Positions 26,292 to 37,518 of a stretch of 64,000 nt of DNA are shown in pieces. The notes beneath the pieces were generated by a model. The model was not told the DNA's origin. It did not search any database and saw only the letters and a list, made by a program, of their open reading frames with translations. The DNA is taken from positions 189,922 to 253,921 of the IMG/VR virus record IMGVR_UViG_3300041411_000129; one strand, 5' to 3'. The first letter of the stretch is position 1, and each line of letters begins with the position of its first letter. The position numbers and the translations under genes were made by a program.

Positions 26292-26437
26292 ACCTTACAC
26301 CGCTTATCAAACGTCTCTTCCTGACACTGATCTTTCTCATCGCGCTTGTCGGTGTGGTTGAGATCAGTAAAGGTCCATCCGCATCAACTCTCGGCACTGC
26401 GATCGAGAACCAGGTGAAGCAACTCACCAAGGAATAA
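26288..26437 (+). CDS. 49-aa membrane peptide (not in ORF track)
   Basis: MNLTPLIKRLFLTLIFLIALVGVVEI...; ATGA overlap. Confidence 0.5.
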   Translation: MNLTPLIKRLFLTLIFLIALVGVVEISKGPSASTLGTAIENQVKQLTKE

Positions 26438-26440
26438 CTC

Positions 26441-26773
26441 ATGCGTCCGAATACCGGAACGTCCGACTACCTCAAGGGGATGAATGTCACTACAGCTGTT
26501 GATGACATCCTCGGGGAATCAGTCCTCAGGACGTACGGTCTTGTGAAGCGAAACTTCCCCGAGATCTGCGTCCCTAAATATTACTCAGACGCGATCTGCC
26601 ATGCGACCATGACTCTGGTCGTACGTGAGTGGCGGAGCAAAGGTAGGGTCTTCTACGGAGACCACGATTACGTCTTAGGTCCTAACGCCATCATCAACAT
26701 CCACACCGAAGTATTGGAAGTTGGTGGGGAAACTATAATCAGAGCAAGACAAACCCCAAGGAGTAAATCATGA
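26441..26773 (+). CDS. hypothetical protein
   Basis: AAGGA SD. Confidence 0.65.
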   Translation: MRPNTGTSDYLKGMNVTTAVDDILGESVLRTYGLVKRNFPEICVPKYYSDAICHATMTLVVREWRSKGRVFYGDHDYVLGPNAIINIHTEVLEVGGETIIRARQTPRSKS

Positions 26774-26985
26774 AGAAAGATAACTTGCTGGAAGCTGTAG
26801 CGATCGCCAAGATGAATAGCACCATCAACATCGGTCGTGGTCTGTCGATCTTCAGTATGTTCCGTAACTCTGACGGTCGTATGGGACTAGGTCTACATCC
26901 CACCCGTAACGATATCGACCGTCATGGGAAACCGGTTAAGAAAAAGAAAGGTAACATGAAGCAAGACAAGAACGTCTACAAGTAA
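26770..26985 (+). CDS. small basic protein
   Basis: AAGGAG SD; Lys-rich C-terminus. Confidence 0.6.
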   Translation: MKKDNLLEAVAIAKMNSTINIGRGLSIFSMFRNSDGRMGLGLHPTRNDIDRHGKPVKKKKGNMKQDKNVYK

Positions 26986-27033
26986 CAATTTCTCGTACCG
27001 AACAGATACTACTTTATTCTTCAGGAGTTTCAC

Positions 27034-27615
27034 ATGAACCGCTTACAGAAACCACAAACCAAACTCGATCCAGTTACAGTTATCTCTCGCAATCTGGTAG
27101 ATCTGGAACCTGGTATCCCTAACTTCAGCGGCGATGGTTACGCTCAGTCTGCGTTATCTCATGGCTGGCACGTCATGTTCAAATCGGCTGAAGGTACTGA
27201 TCTACTTGATCACATGTTCTTGGTCAACCAGTTTACTGGACAGCAAATCCAACTCAAGCTGTTTAAAGAACGTTCCGAGTTCCGCTCACTCATCGAAGTG
27301 AACGATGAACTGGACATGATGGATGAGATCGGTTACTTCTTCCATCCTCGTCACGATTCGGCGATTACCATTTACTGGCAGTCGATCGATAAGGTCGGTA
27401 TCAATCCAGACCACGTTGACGTGCAATACGTTCTGTACGCAGCTCATGAAGGTTCTGTCTTCATCCGCATGGCTGACCTACTGTCCCCGCTGCTCGACAA
27501 GATGTGGCATGATGAAGGTATCGCGTTCGACGCTCCTCCGGTTGAATGGCGTCACCGTCAGTGGAATGATTACGAACAAGGTTTCCACGCTCAAGCGCCG
27601 AAGGGAGCTGAATGA
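27034..27615 (+). CDS. hypothetical protein
   Basis: AGGAG SD. Confidence 0.75.
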   Translation: MNRLQKPQTKLDPVTVISRNLVDLEPGIPNFSGDGYAQSALSHGWHVMFKSAEGTDLLDHMFLVNQFTGQQIQLKLFKERSEFRSLIEVNDELDMMDEIGYFFHPRHDSAITIYWQSIDKVGINPDHVDVQYVLYAAHEGSVFIRMADLLSPLLDKMWHDEGIAFDAPPVEWRHRQWNDYEQGFHAQAPKGAE

Positions 27616-28151
27616 TGTCGGTCATGCACGGAGACTCCCCAGATCTTGACATGCAAGTAATAGTCCACCCAGAACGCGACGCTGGCGCTGATGCGGCTGA
27701 TCGTATTCGTACGGTCGGTGCTGCTATCGCTCACAACGCCAAGGTTGCTCTCAAGCGCCTGATCATTACCTGTATCGTTCTCTTCATCGCAGCTGTTGCT
27801 GGCGCGGTATGGTACGGCTATGAAACCCGTGTACTCGGCACTACCACCGATACCCGCACATGCGAGTTTGAAATCGGTAAGACCAAGATCACGGCAGTTC
27901 GCAGCTACACCTATCCGTACCAAGAGTATTACGGATTCCACATCCGCGATAACAGCAAGATCTACGAGAAGACCGTAATGGCTCTCGACGGTACACAGCT
28001 GACAATCCTCGGTAATGATGCCGGCGCTCTCTGGAGTCAATTCGTTGACGCTGGTGATCGTGGGCAGTTCATTATGAAGCCTTCCGATGAATACACCTTC
28101 ATCGTGGGTAAGCAGGCCGGTAAGGTCAACTACAAAACCTTTTGCAAGTAG
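27612..28151 (+). CDS. membrane-anchored hypothetical protein
   Basis: Single TM segment. Confidence 0.7.
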   Translation: MMSVMHGDSPDLDMQVIVHPERDAGADAADRIRTVGAAIAHNAKVALKRLIITCIVLFIAAVAGAVWYGYETRVLGTTTDTRTCEFEIGKTKITAVRSYTYPYQEYYGFHIRDNSKIYEKTVMALDGTQLTILGNDAGALWSQFVDAGDRGQFIMKPSDEYTFIVGKQAGKVNYKTFCK

Positions 28152-28160
28152 GAGCCTGTA

Positions 28161-28583
28161 ATGGGTAGCTACCTTTACGCAACCGTAATCCGTAAACTGG
28201 AAAGTGGTGATTACGATCACGACAACCACAGTTGGGATACTGTCCTGACTAAACCCAACGCGGTCAAGCGTCATTTGCTTTGCGGTGATGGGCGTTACTA
28301 CAACTTCCCTGAGATCAAGCCCCGCAATGGCGTTCACGAGTCGCTGAGTCTCGATGAGCATACCGGCGGTGCAATGGGGTGGGATCATTGTCGTTACGTC
28401 TGGTACACACCTCAAGAGCTTCTGGCGTTTGACTGGGATCAGGTGATTACCGAATCCCCGCATGACATCGAAGTCATCGGTAAGACGTATCGCCAATGCG
28501 TTCCTGCTGAGTGGTTTGAATACATTCAGGCTCGTGCAAACGAATCGGCCGTGGTGGCTATTCAGTTCTCCGTCGATAATTGA
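28161..28583 (+). CDS. hypothetical protein
   Basis: AGGAG SD. Confidence 0.7.
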   Translation: MGSYLYATVIRKLESGDYDHDNHSWDTVLTKPNAVKRHLLCGDGRYYNFPEIKPRNGVHESLSLDEHTGGAMGWDHCRYVWYTPQELLAFDWDQVITESPHDIEVIGKTYRQCVPAEWFEYIQARANESAVVAIQFSVDN

Positions 28584-28590
28584 GGTTCTT

Positions 28591-29061
28591 GTGGAATACG
28601 GTAAAGACGAAGCACTGAAGATCTTGGACACCCTGCTTGAAGATGAACGTATCACTCCTGAGGTGTATGACTTCATTGTCACCTCAGATCTTCTTCAGAA
28701 GCCCGATGCGCTTGGTTGTGTCCGGCCCGTCACCATCGATGGTGAACCTCGTGAAGAGTTCTACCTTTATACCAAGGATGAGCACTGTATACCGCAGTCG
28801 ATCAGGTCTGCACTTAACCGCCGTAGATTCATTGCTCGCGGTAAAAGAGCTATAGTGAAGTTCGTTGGTCAACTACTGATCGATCGACGGATTAGTCTCG
28901 CGCAGTACGACGGGCTTCTGGCTGCTAAGACCATTAATGAGCCGACGGTTTTCGCTAACATCCTTGTAGTGAATGATCATGAAGAAGTGGTCATAATGGC
29001 AGACGTTGGTGATGCATTATTCACCGTTCTCAAACCACCTATCCCAGTTAAGGAGTCCTGA
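28591..29061 (+). CDS. hypothetical protein (start uncertain)
   Basis: GTG 28591 after GAGG, in frame with ORF 28462..29061. Confidence 0.55.
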   Translation: MEYGKDEALKILDTLLEDERITPEVYDFIVTSDLLQKPDALGCVRPVTIDGEPREEFYLYTKDEHCIPQSIRSALNRRRFIARGKRAIVKFVGQLLIDRRISLAQYDGLLAAKTINEPTVFANILVVNDHEEVVIMADVGDALFTVLKPPIPVKES

Positions 29062-29579
29062 TGGATCTCTTCGTAACCCTCTCCGGCATGATGACTACAA
29101 GTCTGAAAGCCCGCTTCAAAGAACTGGTCGATACCAAGAAGATCGATCTCTCGAACTTCGCCAGTGAAGATAAGTACCACATCGCTGCTCGTCAATGCAT
29201 GGGTGCTTTGAGCAACTCCCTCACCAACGTCGACAAGTCCCACCTCACCTATCTGGACATCTCGGTGTTCAGCTTCCTGTTGTTCAGTCTCGAATCCGAA
29301 ACACCGGCCGAAGTAATCGAAACCGGTCTGGGTCTGACGCAGGGTGATGAGTCCACCGAAGCTGCTGCGCCTGCATCCAATCCTTTGGGTGGCGGTCAGA
29401 CTGTCTGTGGTGCATGGGGCGGTACTCCTGTGTCGCTGGCAGATGCTGACCAAGCCCTTCGTGGTGATCAAGCTCATACGCCCGATCGCTTCGATGGTCA
29501 TCGGCAAGAAGATATCGGCATGTACACGGCCGAAGGTATCAAGCCGGTTAAACCAGCTGACCAATTCGATCAGGAGTAA
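29061..29579 (+). CDS. hypothetical protein
   Basis: AAGGAG SD. Confidence 0.7.
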   Translation: MDLFVTLSGMMTTSLKARFKELVDTKKIDLSNFASEDKYHIAARQCMGALSNSLTNVDKSHLTYLDISVFSFLLFSLESETPAEVIETGLGLTQGDESTEAAAPASNPLGGGQTVCGAWGGTPVSLADADQALRGDQAHTPDRFDGHRQEDIGMYTAEGIKPVKPADQFDQE

Positions 29580-29582
29580 TCC

Positions 29583-29903
29583 ATGCAGGTAGTTCGCAAC
29601 TATGTTCAAAAAGCAGTTCCGGTTGAGATCCTACAGTATGACGGGAAGAACTACTCTGAGCTCCTCGTCTTCTGTAACCCAGACCCACTTACCGCTAATG
29701 CCGTTTACATGCCGGGCCTCAATCAGGTGCGTCTCAGCATGCGTGTGCGGAAAGTGCCAAAGGTACGGGCTGGCATTTCGATCCCCAATCCTATCGAAGC
29801 GCTTGTAAACATCGGCGACGTCATCGTCAAGTATCCTGATGGTACTTTGAAGTTGATGTCCGTTGAAGAAATTCAAACCGAGTTCGAACAAGTCAAGGAG
29901 TAA
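29583..29903 (+). CDS. hypothetical protein
   Basis: AGGAG SD; IGDVIVKYPDG resembles PGDYG-like phage proteins. Confidence 0.65.
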   Translation: MQVVRNYVQKAVPVEILQYDGKNYSELLVFCNPDPLTANAVYMPGLNQVRLSMRVRKVPKVRAGISIPNPIEALVNIGDVIVKYPDGTLKLMSVEEIQTEFEQVKE

Positions 29904-30065
29904 TCCCATGCTCAGTTTCATTGGTGGTTTGGTTGTGTTCATTCTTGCTGTCCGTGGCATCGTCGGTTTCGTCGAAGACTTCAAGAAAGCAGGTAAGTCG
30001 TAAGTAAACGATTGGGGGAGCTTCGGCTCCCCTAGTCTCACTCTTTTTTTTGAGATTAAAACGCC

Positions 30066-31159
<1,094 letters not shown>

Positions 31160-31264
31160 ACAGCATACGGGCCGGGGTAATTCCCCGGCTTGTGTCCACT
31201 TAACTTAAATTTACACAGCCACACATTACGCTATTAGAGTAACCACATCAGAAGGAGTAACGTG

Positions 31265-31981
31265 ATGGGTTTAGTTCATCGTTTCGAAAGGAACGAGAAA
31301 GGGCGTGACATCGCAGTTGCTGACGTGCATGGACACTTCAAGAAACTTCAGAAAGCATTAGACGCTATTGGCTTTGATCCTAAAGTTGATCGTCTGTTCA
31401 TCGCTGGAGATTTGGTGGATCGTGGTCCTGACTGTCTCGATGCGTTGGATTGGTTAAAGCGAGCTCATTGTGTACGTGGTAACCACGATAACTACGTGGT
31501 CCAGTACATCAAGGGCGATTCCGGTAAATGGATTTCTGAAGGCGGCGTTTGGTTCGAACCGTTATCAGAACAACAGAAGCGACTCTGGCTCTGGCACTTC
31601 TACAGGTTGCCGCTGGCAATCGAAGTGAAGACAAGTCGTGGAACAGTTGGGATCATTCATGCCGACTGCGTAATGCCACACTGGCCTGATCTGATGGCTG
31701 AGTTGGATGGCTATCAGGATCTCGATTGTAAGCGTAAGAAACTTATTCGTAACTGCTGCATGTGGTCAAGGGGTCGATTTGAACTTAACGATACTACTTG
31801 GGTCACTGGCATCCGGGCTGTAGTGGTTGGACATAACCCAACTAACCTACCGGTAGTTCTTGGAAACGTACACCACATCGATACGACTGCTGGATATCCG
31901 CAGGCTCGTTTCACTTTCATTGATCTGGAAACACTGCAAACATTTACAGCTCCGTTTAATTACGGTTGGATGATGCAGTAA
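31265..31981 (+). CDS. serine/threonine protein phosphatase (lambda NinI/PphA-like metallophosphoesterase)
   Basis: DVHG, GDLVDRGP, VRGNHD, GHNP, IDT motifs. Confidence 0.9.
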   Translation: MGLVHRFERNEKGRDIAVADVHGHFKKLQKALDAIGFDPKVDRLFIAGDLVDRGPDCLDALDWLKRAHCVRGNHDNYVVQYIKGDSGKWISEGGVWFEPLSEQQKRLWLWHFYRLPLAIEVKTSRGTVGIIHADCVMPHWPDLMAELDGYQDLDCKRKKLIRNCCMWSRGRFELNDTTWVTGIRAVVVGHNPTNLPVVLGNVHHIDTTAGYPQARFTFIDLETLQTFTAPFNYGWMMQ

Positions 31982-31992
31982 GGGGATGTTTG

Positions 31993-32253
31993 ATGCGCAC
32001 TAAGATTGCGTGGCCGGAAACCTATCGTGAGATCCCAGGTATGATGGGGTTTCCAACCGAGTATGTAGATTATACCGCTGGCTTCTATGAGCAGCGCGTT
32101 GTCCCACTCGTGACGGCGGCGATCACCACGCTCGAGAATCAGATCGACGTGTTGAAGCAACAGAACGAAGCGCTTAAGCAAACGATTGCCGCGAGCAAAC
32201 CTAAAGTCAAGTACTGCCACGAAACAGGTAACTGGATCGTGATCAAGGAATAA
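31993..32253 (+). CDS. hypothetical protein
   Basis: AAGGGG SD. Confidence 0.6.
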   Translation: MRTKIAWPETYREIPGMMGFPTEYVDYTAGFYEQRVVPLVTAAITTLENQIDVLKQQNEALKQTIAASKPKVKYCHETGNWIVIKE

Positions 32254-32257
32254 CGAA

Positions 32258-32470
32258 ATGAAGTTAATCGGATTAGATGTTGAAGACTTTGACGATGTGG
32301 ATATGGATCGGGTAACTATCTCTACATCGACCGTACCAATGGCTTCACTCCTGGCTAATATGGCTGATGCTAATTGGTTCATTGAAGTGCAGCCAATCCA
32401 GCAGAACGAGAAGTGGATAACCACATTCAAACGCGGTAATTCCGATAACGGCACAATCTTTCCTAAATGA
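32258..32470 (+). CDS. hypothetical protein
   Basis: AAGGA SD. Confidence 0.6.
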   Translation: MKLIGLDVEDFDDVDMDRVTISTSTVPMASLLANMADANWFIEVQPIQQNEKWITTFKRGNSDNGTIFPK

Positions 32471-32480
32471 GGAGTTCGTC

Positions 32481-32714
32481 ATGACTTACTTGATTTATGG
32501 TTCGATGGTGCTATTGGTCTACCTAGCCATCAGTGCCACGCTGTACTTCCACATGAGGAAGTTAAGGAAGACCCGCAACATTCCACCACAAACCGTTTAC
32601 GAATGGAATCGCATGTCGGTCATCTGGCCAGGCTATATTGCTTTCATTATTTTCGGTATTGTGTACGGCTGCGTTGCAGCCATCATTTCTTTTGCTAGGG
32701 ACAAGTTTCGATGA
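32481..32714 (+). CDS. small membrane protein
   Basis: Two TM segments; GAGGAG SD. Confidence 0.65.
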   Translation: MTYLIYGSMVLLVYLAISATLYFHMRKLRKTRNIPPQTVYEWNRMSVIWPGYIAFIIFGIVYGCVAAIISFARDKFR

Positions 32715-33511
32715 CACCACGTACCAAACACGCTCTCAGACAAGCTGCGATCTGCATCCCTATAGCGCTCGCGGCTGGCTGGGGTATCGCCGGCACCATC
32801 ATACCCCTCATGTTAGATCACTTCTGGACTGGGGCTATGTACGTGATGCTCACGGCCATCTGCTTCGATACATTCCTCAAGATGGTCTATCCGAAGTTCG
32901 CATGGACTAGACCTTACGAGCCACCGGCCTTCGATTTCAACGATCCTAAACGATGTAACTTTACTGGCATCCAGCAAATATCCAGGGCTCATCGACAGGG
33001 GGCTTCTTCCGAACACCTCTTTCCGACTATAGTTGTCGGTTATGAAGAGGTCGTTAATCAATCAGCACCAATCCCTAGACTCTGGCCGTCCGAAGAAGAG
33101 TTGATGAAGTTCTGTGGTGATGATCCAGATCTTCGCGCTAAGTATTACAAGGCATGGCGGGAAGCTAATCTCAAATCATGGAACCTGCACAACGACAGAG
33201 ACTGGATGGTGCGGCACCTAGACTACGCCGCTAATTACGAAGAACAGGAACGCATGCGCAAACTGTTCTTAGGTGTGTGGGAGCCTAAACATCCACTCTA
33301 TCGTTACGCCAGTGTCGAGTATCTGGAAAGAGTATTCGAGCAGATCGAACTGATCGGCTACGCCGACGTAGTCTTCAAAGAACTAGAACAACAGCCCGTT
33401 CCGATCGATCCAGATCTGCTGTACGACATTCTGCGTGAATTCATCATCATGGTTAAGGTCAACCCGAATGAGAAAGCGATATTTAAGCCCTTCCCGGAAA
33501 CACACGCCTGA
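32711..33511 (+). CDS. membrane-associated hypothetical protein
   Basis: Two N-terminal TM segments. Confidence 0.7.
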   Translation: MTPRTKHALRQAAICIPIALAAGWGIAGTIIPLMLDHFWTGAMYVMLTAICFDTFLKMVYPKFAWTRPYEPPAFDFNDPKRCNFTGIQQISRAHRQGASSEHLFPTIVVGYEEVVNQSAPIPRLWPSEEELMKFCGDDPDLRAKYYKAWREANLKSWNLHNDRDWMVRHLDYAANYEEQERMRKLFLGVWEPKHPLYRYASVEYLERVFEQIELIGYADVVFKELEQQPVPIDPDLLYDILREFIIMVKVNPNEKAIFKPFPETHA

Positions 33512-33691
33512 AGAGAAGCGGCTTATCATTAAGTTGTTTGCTGTAGAGCGTGCAAAGAAGAGTATCGATGTACCCGTAGTCGAGTTCAACGTAATCCCGT
33601 TCTCGTCTGAACCTCGTCTCGATCAGTTACTTGAAAATCTCAGGCGGTCTGTCGTATTGACGATGGGTATGCCTCCACATTTAGTAAGGAG

Positions 33692-33973
33692 TTGGGGATG
33701 ACTAAAGATGGCGTACGTGAGGTTGTCTTTCATGAACTGGATGAAGAGTTGACGCTTTATCCAACCTTGATCCCGGTCTGCAAGAAAGAGTTCGAATCCT
33801 TCCTTGCTGAGGCACGTATCCCGATTCGTAACCCGCAGGTTCGGATTCGTCTGCCAGAACAACCGTGTGGTCATCAAATGAGCTGGGCTGTTGAACTCGA
33901 AGTCTTGGGTGATATATTTATCTTCAAGGCTCGTAGAGTTCCATTCAGCGCTGATAAGTTAAGAGGTGAGTAA
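33692..33973 (+). CDS. hypothetical protein
   Basis: AAGGAG SD (start probably ATG 33698). Confidence 0.6.
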   Translation: MGMTKDGVREVVFHELDEELTLYPTLIPVCKKEFESFLAEARIPIRNPQVRIRLPEQPCGHQMSWAVELEVLGDIFIFKARRVPFSADKLRGE

Positions 33974-34770
33974 TGCAAGACCAAGGTTTTAAATGGATTA
34001 TCGTTTCTGACGTAGCTGAGCTGACTGCGTTTAACAACATCCTCGGCCTCGGCCATCCCCTGTCGCTTGATGATCTGTTCCAGAAGATCAGCGATGAGGT
34101 TGACACTGAGTTCCAAGCCCACTGGGAAGAGAATGCTGCGCGTGGTCTGATCGAAGACGACATGCCGCATAAGGGCGCGATGGAGAAGGCTAAACGCCGA
34201 TCGGCTCTGGTTCAGGAGTTGGCCTTGTCCAGTAATGGCGAGGCTACCTACTACACCCTGATTCCACCGAAGGCTGTGGTCGAACTAAAGGCAGCGTTGC
34301 GTAGCCTGTTGCTTACCCAGACAAGTAAGCTGAAAGCCGTCCAGTCTGCTGGCTATAACGCCAAGGCTCCTGAAGCTACATGGTTCCTTGCCCGCGGTGT
34401 CGCCGTTATCATCGAAGGTGATGTAGACATCCTTCGTAAGGCTGAAGGTGTATGGGGACATCTACCTAGGGCTTTCCAGTTGATGGAACCTAAGGAGTTG
34501 GATGACTCCCGCGCCTACGCGTGCCAGTCGGTCGGTCCTACTGGTTTCACTACGTGGATCTCTCAAGACATCGACAGTATCCATCTGGTCGTAGAAGAGG
34601 GTCCAACCGTTAAGCTGGTTTCCTACAGTCCTACCAATGCTTTCAGTGAAGAAGCTGTGTTGGGTGAAGTTCAGCGGTTGTACGAAGGTCGTCCTGTCGA
34701 GCTGCATGAAGCTTTCGAAGACATTCAGTTCGATGCGTCCAAGTACGACCCAGTCAAGGAAATAGTGTAG
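33973..34770 (+). CDS. hypothetical protein
   Basis: GAGGTG SD; 265 aa. Confidence 0.75.
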   Translation: MQDQGFKWIIVSDVAELTAFNNILGLGHPLSLDDLFQKISDEVDTEFQAHWEENAARGLIEDDMPHKGAMEKAKRRSALVQELALSSNGEATYYTLIPPKAVVELKAALRSLLLTQTSKLKAVQSAGYNAKAPEATWFLARGVAVIIEGDVDILRKAEGVWGHLPRAFQLMEPKELDDSRAYACQSVGPTGFTTWISQDIDSIHLVVEEGPTVKLVSYSPTNAFSEEAVLGEVQRLYEGRPVELHEAFEDIQFDASKYDPVKEIV

Positions 34771-34806
34771 ATTACGTAAATAGTTACTGGCATAGTGCTA
34801 TCTTAT

Positions 34807-35395
34807 GTGAACATTCGCACTAAGGACTTCGATTGGACATTCGTGCCCGACTCGCGGTGGCTCTTTGCGTGGTTCTTGCTTCGGTAGATACGATGGCAGC
34901 GCCTCTCGAGATTCGGGTGCCGCAACCTAAGTACTACTGTTCCTCAGATGAACAACTTACTAAGATGCAAGTCTTCTTGCAGGCGAAGGAGTTGGAACTC
35001 GAGGAGCGCAGATACGACCCGTTCTTAAGTACCACGTTCTTCTGGGGAACGAAAGGGCTGAGCGGGACGTATAAAGAACTATACCTCGGCAACCCTGGCG
35101 ACAACATACTCACCCCACGCCGTTGGAGCATGTAAGGTGATGATAGTGACTCCCTGACGCCTTTGGGTCATACAGAAACCACCCCACTGATAAGCGTAGA
35201 TAGTCAACAACCGATTCGGGATAACCGGTCAAAGAGGCTCCTGTGTGGAGCAAATGCCAACCCTGTCCCCGTGCGCATACACGGACGCCAGATGGTAGAT
35301 GTATCCGCCACCCCGCGCATCGAGGGCGTCGCTGTTCCAACTCCCCGGAGCGGGGCTAGGTTGAGTTCAGGATCGTCGGTAGAGTAGGGGTGGCC
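34807..35395 (+). ncRNA. candidate large structured RNA (~590 nt); may include a 100-aa ORF at 34833-35135
   Basis: Preceded by CGTAAATAGTTAC-N16-TATG; many stems; ends in T run; second half lacks a credible ORF. Confidence 0.4.
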
Positions 35396-35440
35396 ATTTC
35401 TTTTCTTTATGCCGCAAACATTTATTAAGGTGCCATCATC

Positions 35441-35953
35441 ATGACTACACCACGCTTAGGTGATCCAATCATCTCGACCGATAAAGATGGTAAAGAACGC
35501 CGCTCGTACGTTACGGTTAACCCTGATCGCCGCACAGCTCCGCATCGCCGTATGAAGAAAGACATCGCCGAGCAAGCCAAACTCAGGGAAGAACGGGAAG
35601 CCCAGGAGTGTTTGGATGAACCAATCCCAGTGTTCGATGGTACAGCAATAGCCGAGGCTTACGCCACCGCTGCGGAGCATCTCGGCATTAGCCTCATGGG
35701 GACAAACATTCGTGTTCTCGATATGTTGGAATCGTATCAGCTCAATGTCGAGCGTAGTCACGATGGACTTCTCAAGATTCCGTATTCCAAGGATATCGAT
35801 GAGTTCCTCCAGAACAGTGACTTCAAGACGTACATCGGTAAGCTGTATAACCACCCAATCGACTATGTCGGCAACGTCGGCATTGCGCTAATGGAAGCAC
35901 TACCTAACTCCGGGTTCACTGGATCTGCAACACTAACTTTCGTAGCAATATAA
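35441..35953 (+). CDS. hypothetical protein
   Basis: TAAGG SD. Confidence 0.7.
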   Translation: MTTPRLGDPIISTDKDGKERRSYVTVNPDRRTAPHRRMKKDIAEQAKLREEREAQECLDEPIPVFDGTAIAEAYATAAEHLGISLMGTNIRVLDMLESYQLNVERSHDGLLKIPYSKDIDEFLQNSDFKTYIGKLYNHPIDYVGNVGIALMEALPNSGFTGSATLTFVAI

Positions 35954-35965
35954 GGAAACAACGGA

Positions 35966-36727
35966 ATGAATCTGGTAATTGAAGATGTAGTAAAGAGCCA
36001 TGCTATTAAGAAAATGAATAGCTCTCTTGAACTCGCCAAGATGTGGCTGCACATCACCGGAACCAACCCAGGTGGTGAAAACCCTTACCACAACAACACC
36101 CACATGAAGCGCATGGCCGGTATCGCAGGCTTCCTATTGGAGAGTGATCCTTTCTACGCTACTCTGACTCCAGATCAGAAACGTATCGAAAGTACACTCC
36201 TACTCATCGCCTGTCTCTGGCATGACTACGGTCATAGCGCCGGGAAGAAGCCTGATCTCGAGAACATTCAGTTCGCGACAGAAGCATTCATGAACTGGTT
36301 CAATGGCGCGTGGCCTGAAATGATCATGTACCTTGAAGGGAAAGATCACGCAACCCTCAATAAGGACGATGAAGAAGGTGCTGTTAAACTGGCGGCTAAG
36401 CACGCCAAGGTCATCTCAGAACTCCTCAAGGTCACCGAATTTCCATTCGTCCATCAACCAAGAACTGTCCTCGAGAAATGCATCCGCGACGCTGATCTCC
36501 TGTATACGTTCGACGTTAACACTGGTCAGATCGTTCATGGTCTTTACCTGGAACTGAAGAGTTCCGGTAAGTTCCCTTTCTCGTTCATGAGCTTCATGCA
36601 TCGCCAGTCGGAGTTCCTCGATAGCTGCGAACACTTCACAGACCTTGGCAAACAGATCCACGCGACAATGAAAGACGACGTTCTAGCTCGTCAATTCGCT
36701 TGGGCTGAATCCCAAGGCTTCGCGTAA
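35966..36727 (+). CDS. HD-domain phosphohydrolase
   Basis: NPYHNNTH, WHDYGH, RDAD motifs. Confidence 0.8.
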   Translation: MNLVIEDVVKSHAIKKMNSSLELAKMWLHITGTNPGGENPYHNNTHMKRMAGIAGFLLESDPFYATLTPDQKRIESTLLLIACLWHDYGHSAGKKPDLENIQFATEAFMNWFNGAWPEMIMYLEGKDHATLNKDDEEGAVKLAAKHAKVISELLKVTEFPFVHQPRTVLEKCIRDADLLYTFDVNTGQIVHGLYLELKSSGKFPFSFMSFMHRQSEFLDSCEHFTDLGKQIHATMKDDVLARQFAWAESQGFA

Positions 36728-36789
36728 TAACAAACCAACAATGGAGAGGGTATATACCCTCTCCCACTTATGCCCCTAGGAGTATCACC

Positions 36790-37065
36790 ATGTCCATTAA
36801 GATTAATGAAGTATCCTTCACCGCAGCTGTAGGCGCCGAAGGTCACATCAACGTAACTCAAACTGTCCTCACCCTCATCCCAAGTCTGAAGGCCGAACAA
36901 ATCTCCATCGACAAGCGCGTCTATGAAGACAACGACGGTATCATTTACGATGAAGAAGAGGGCATGAATAAGAAGATCAATGGCGACATTGTTCTTGATT
37001 ACAAGGCCTACGGTAACAAAGAACAACAGCAACTCGAAATCACCGCAATCATCACCCACCGATAA
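36790..37065 (+). CDS. hypothetical protein
   Basis: AGGAG SD. Confidence 0.7.
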   Translation: MSIKINEVSFTAAVGAEGHINVTQTVLTLIPSLKAEQISIDKRVYEDNDGIIYDEEEGMNKKINGDIVLDYKAYGNKEQQQLEITAIITHR

Positions 37066-37075
37066 GGAAGTCGCC

Positions 37076-37471
37076 ATGTCTGAAGAAGTTAAAGAATACC
37101 CAAAGGCTCAAGTACTGGTCAACCAACGTCTGGTGCTGCCGGATGCATTCATTAATCCTGAAGTTCATCTATACCTGCCAACCGACGCCATCGGCAACAT
37201 GACCTGTCCTCTCAAGGCCGTTCGTATCGAATGCTGGAAGCGATCTACGGGCGATGTCAAACGCAGCGTACTGGCGGACATCTTCAGTAGCAATCGCTCC
37301 GGCCTGGCGTTCAGCCTCCTGAAGCATCAATCAGAGCTGGAGTTCGGCATGCTGACCATGAGTGTGGCCTTCGGTAGCCTGAAGGTTCTGAACGACTGGT
37401 TGTTCACGCTGGAACGTTTCCCAGCAGGCGACCTGAATCGCTTCGACGCCTACTACACTCCAGGCAAGTAA
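37076..37471 (+). CDS. hypothetical protein
   Basis: TAAGGA SD before ATG 37076. Confidence 0.7.
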   Translation: MSEEVKEYPKAQVLVNQRLVLPDAFINPEVHLYLPTDAIGNMTCPLKAVRIECWKRSTGDVKRSVLADIFSSNRSGLAFSLLKHQSELEFGMLTMSVAFGSLKVLNDWLFTLERFPAGDLNRFDAYYTPGK

Positions 37472-37518
37472 TTGACACGGGGGACTGATACTCCCCCGAC
37501 TTTATTAAGGAATAGATC

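Noticed and set aside
35150-35300. RNase P RNA resemblance (ACAGAAA, GGAGCAA, AGATG)
   Set aside because: The universal P4 strands (GAGGAAAGUCC and AGAAnnCGGCUUA) were not found; needs cmscan
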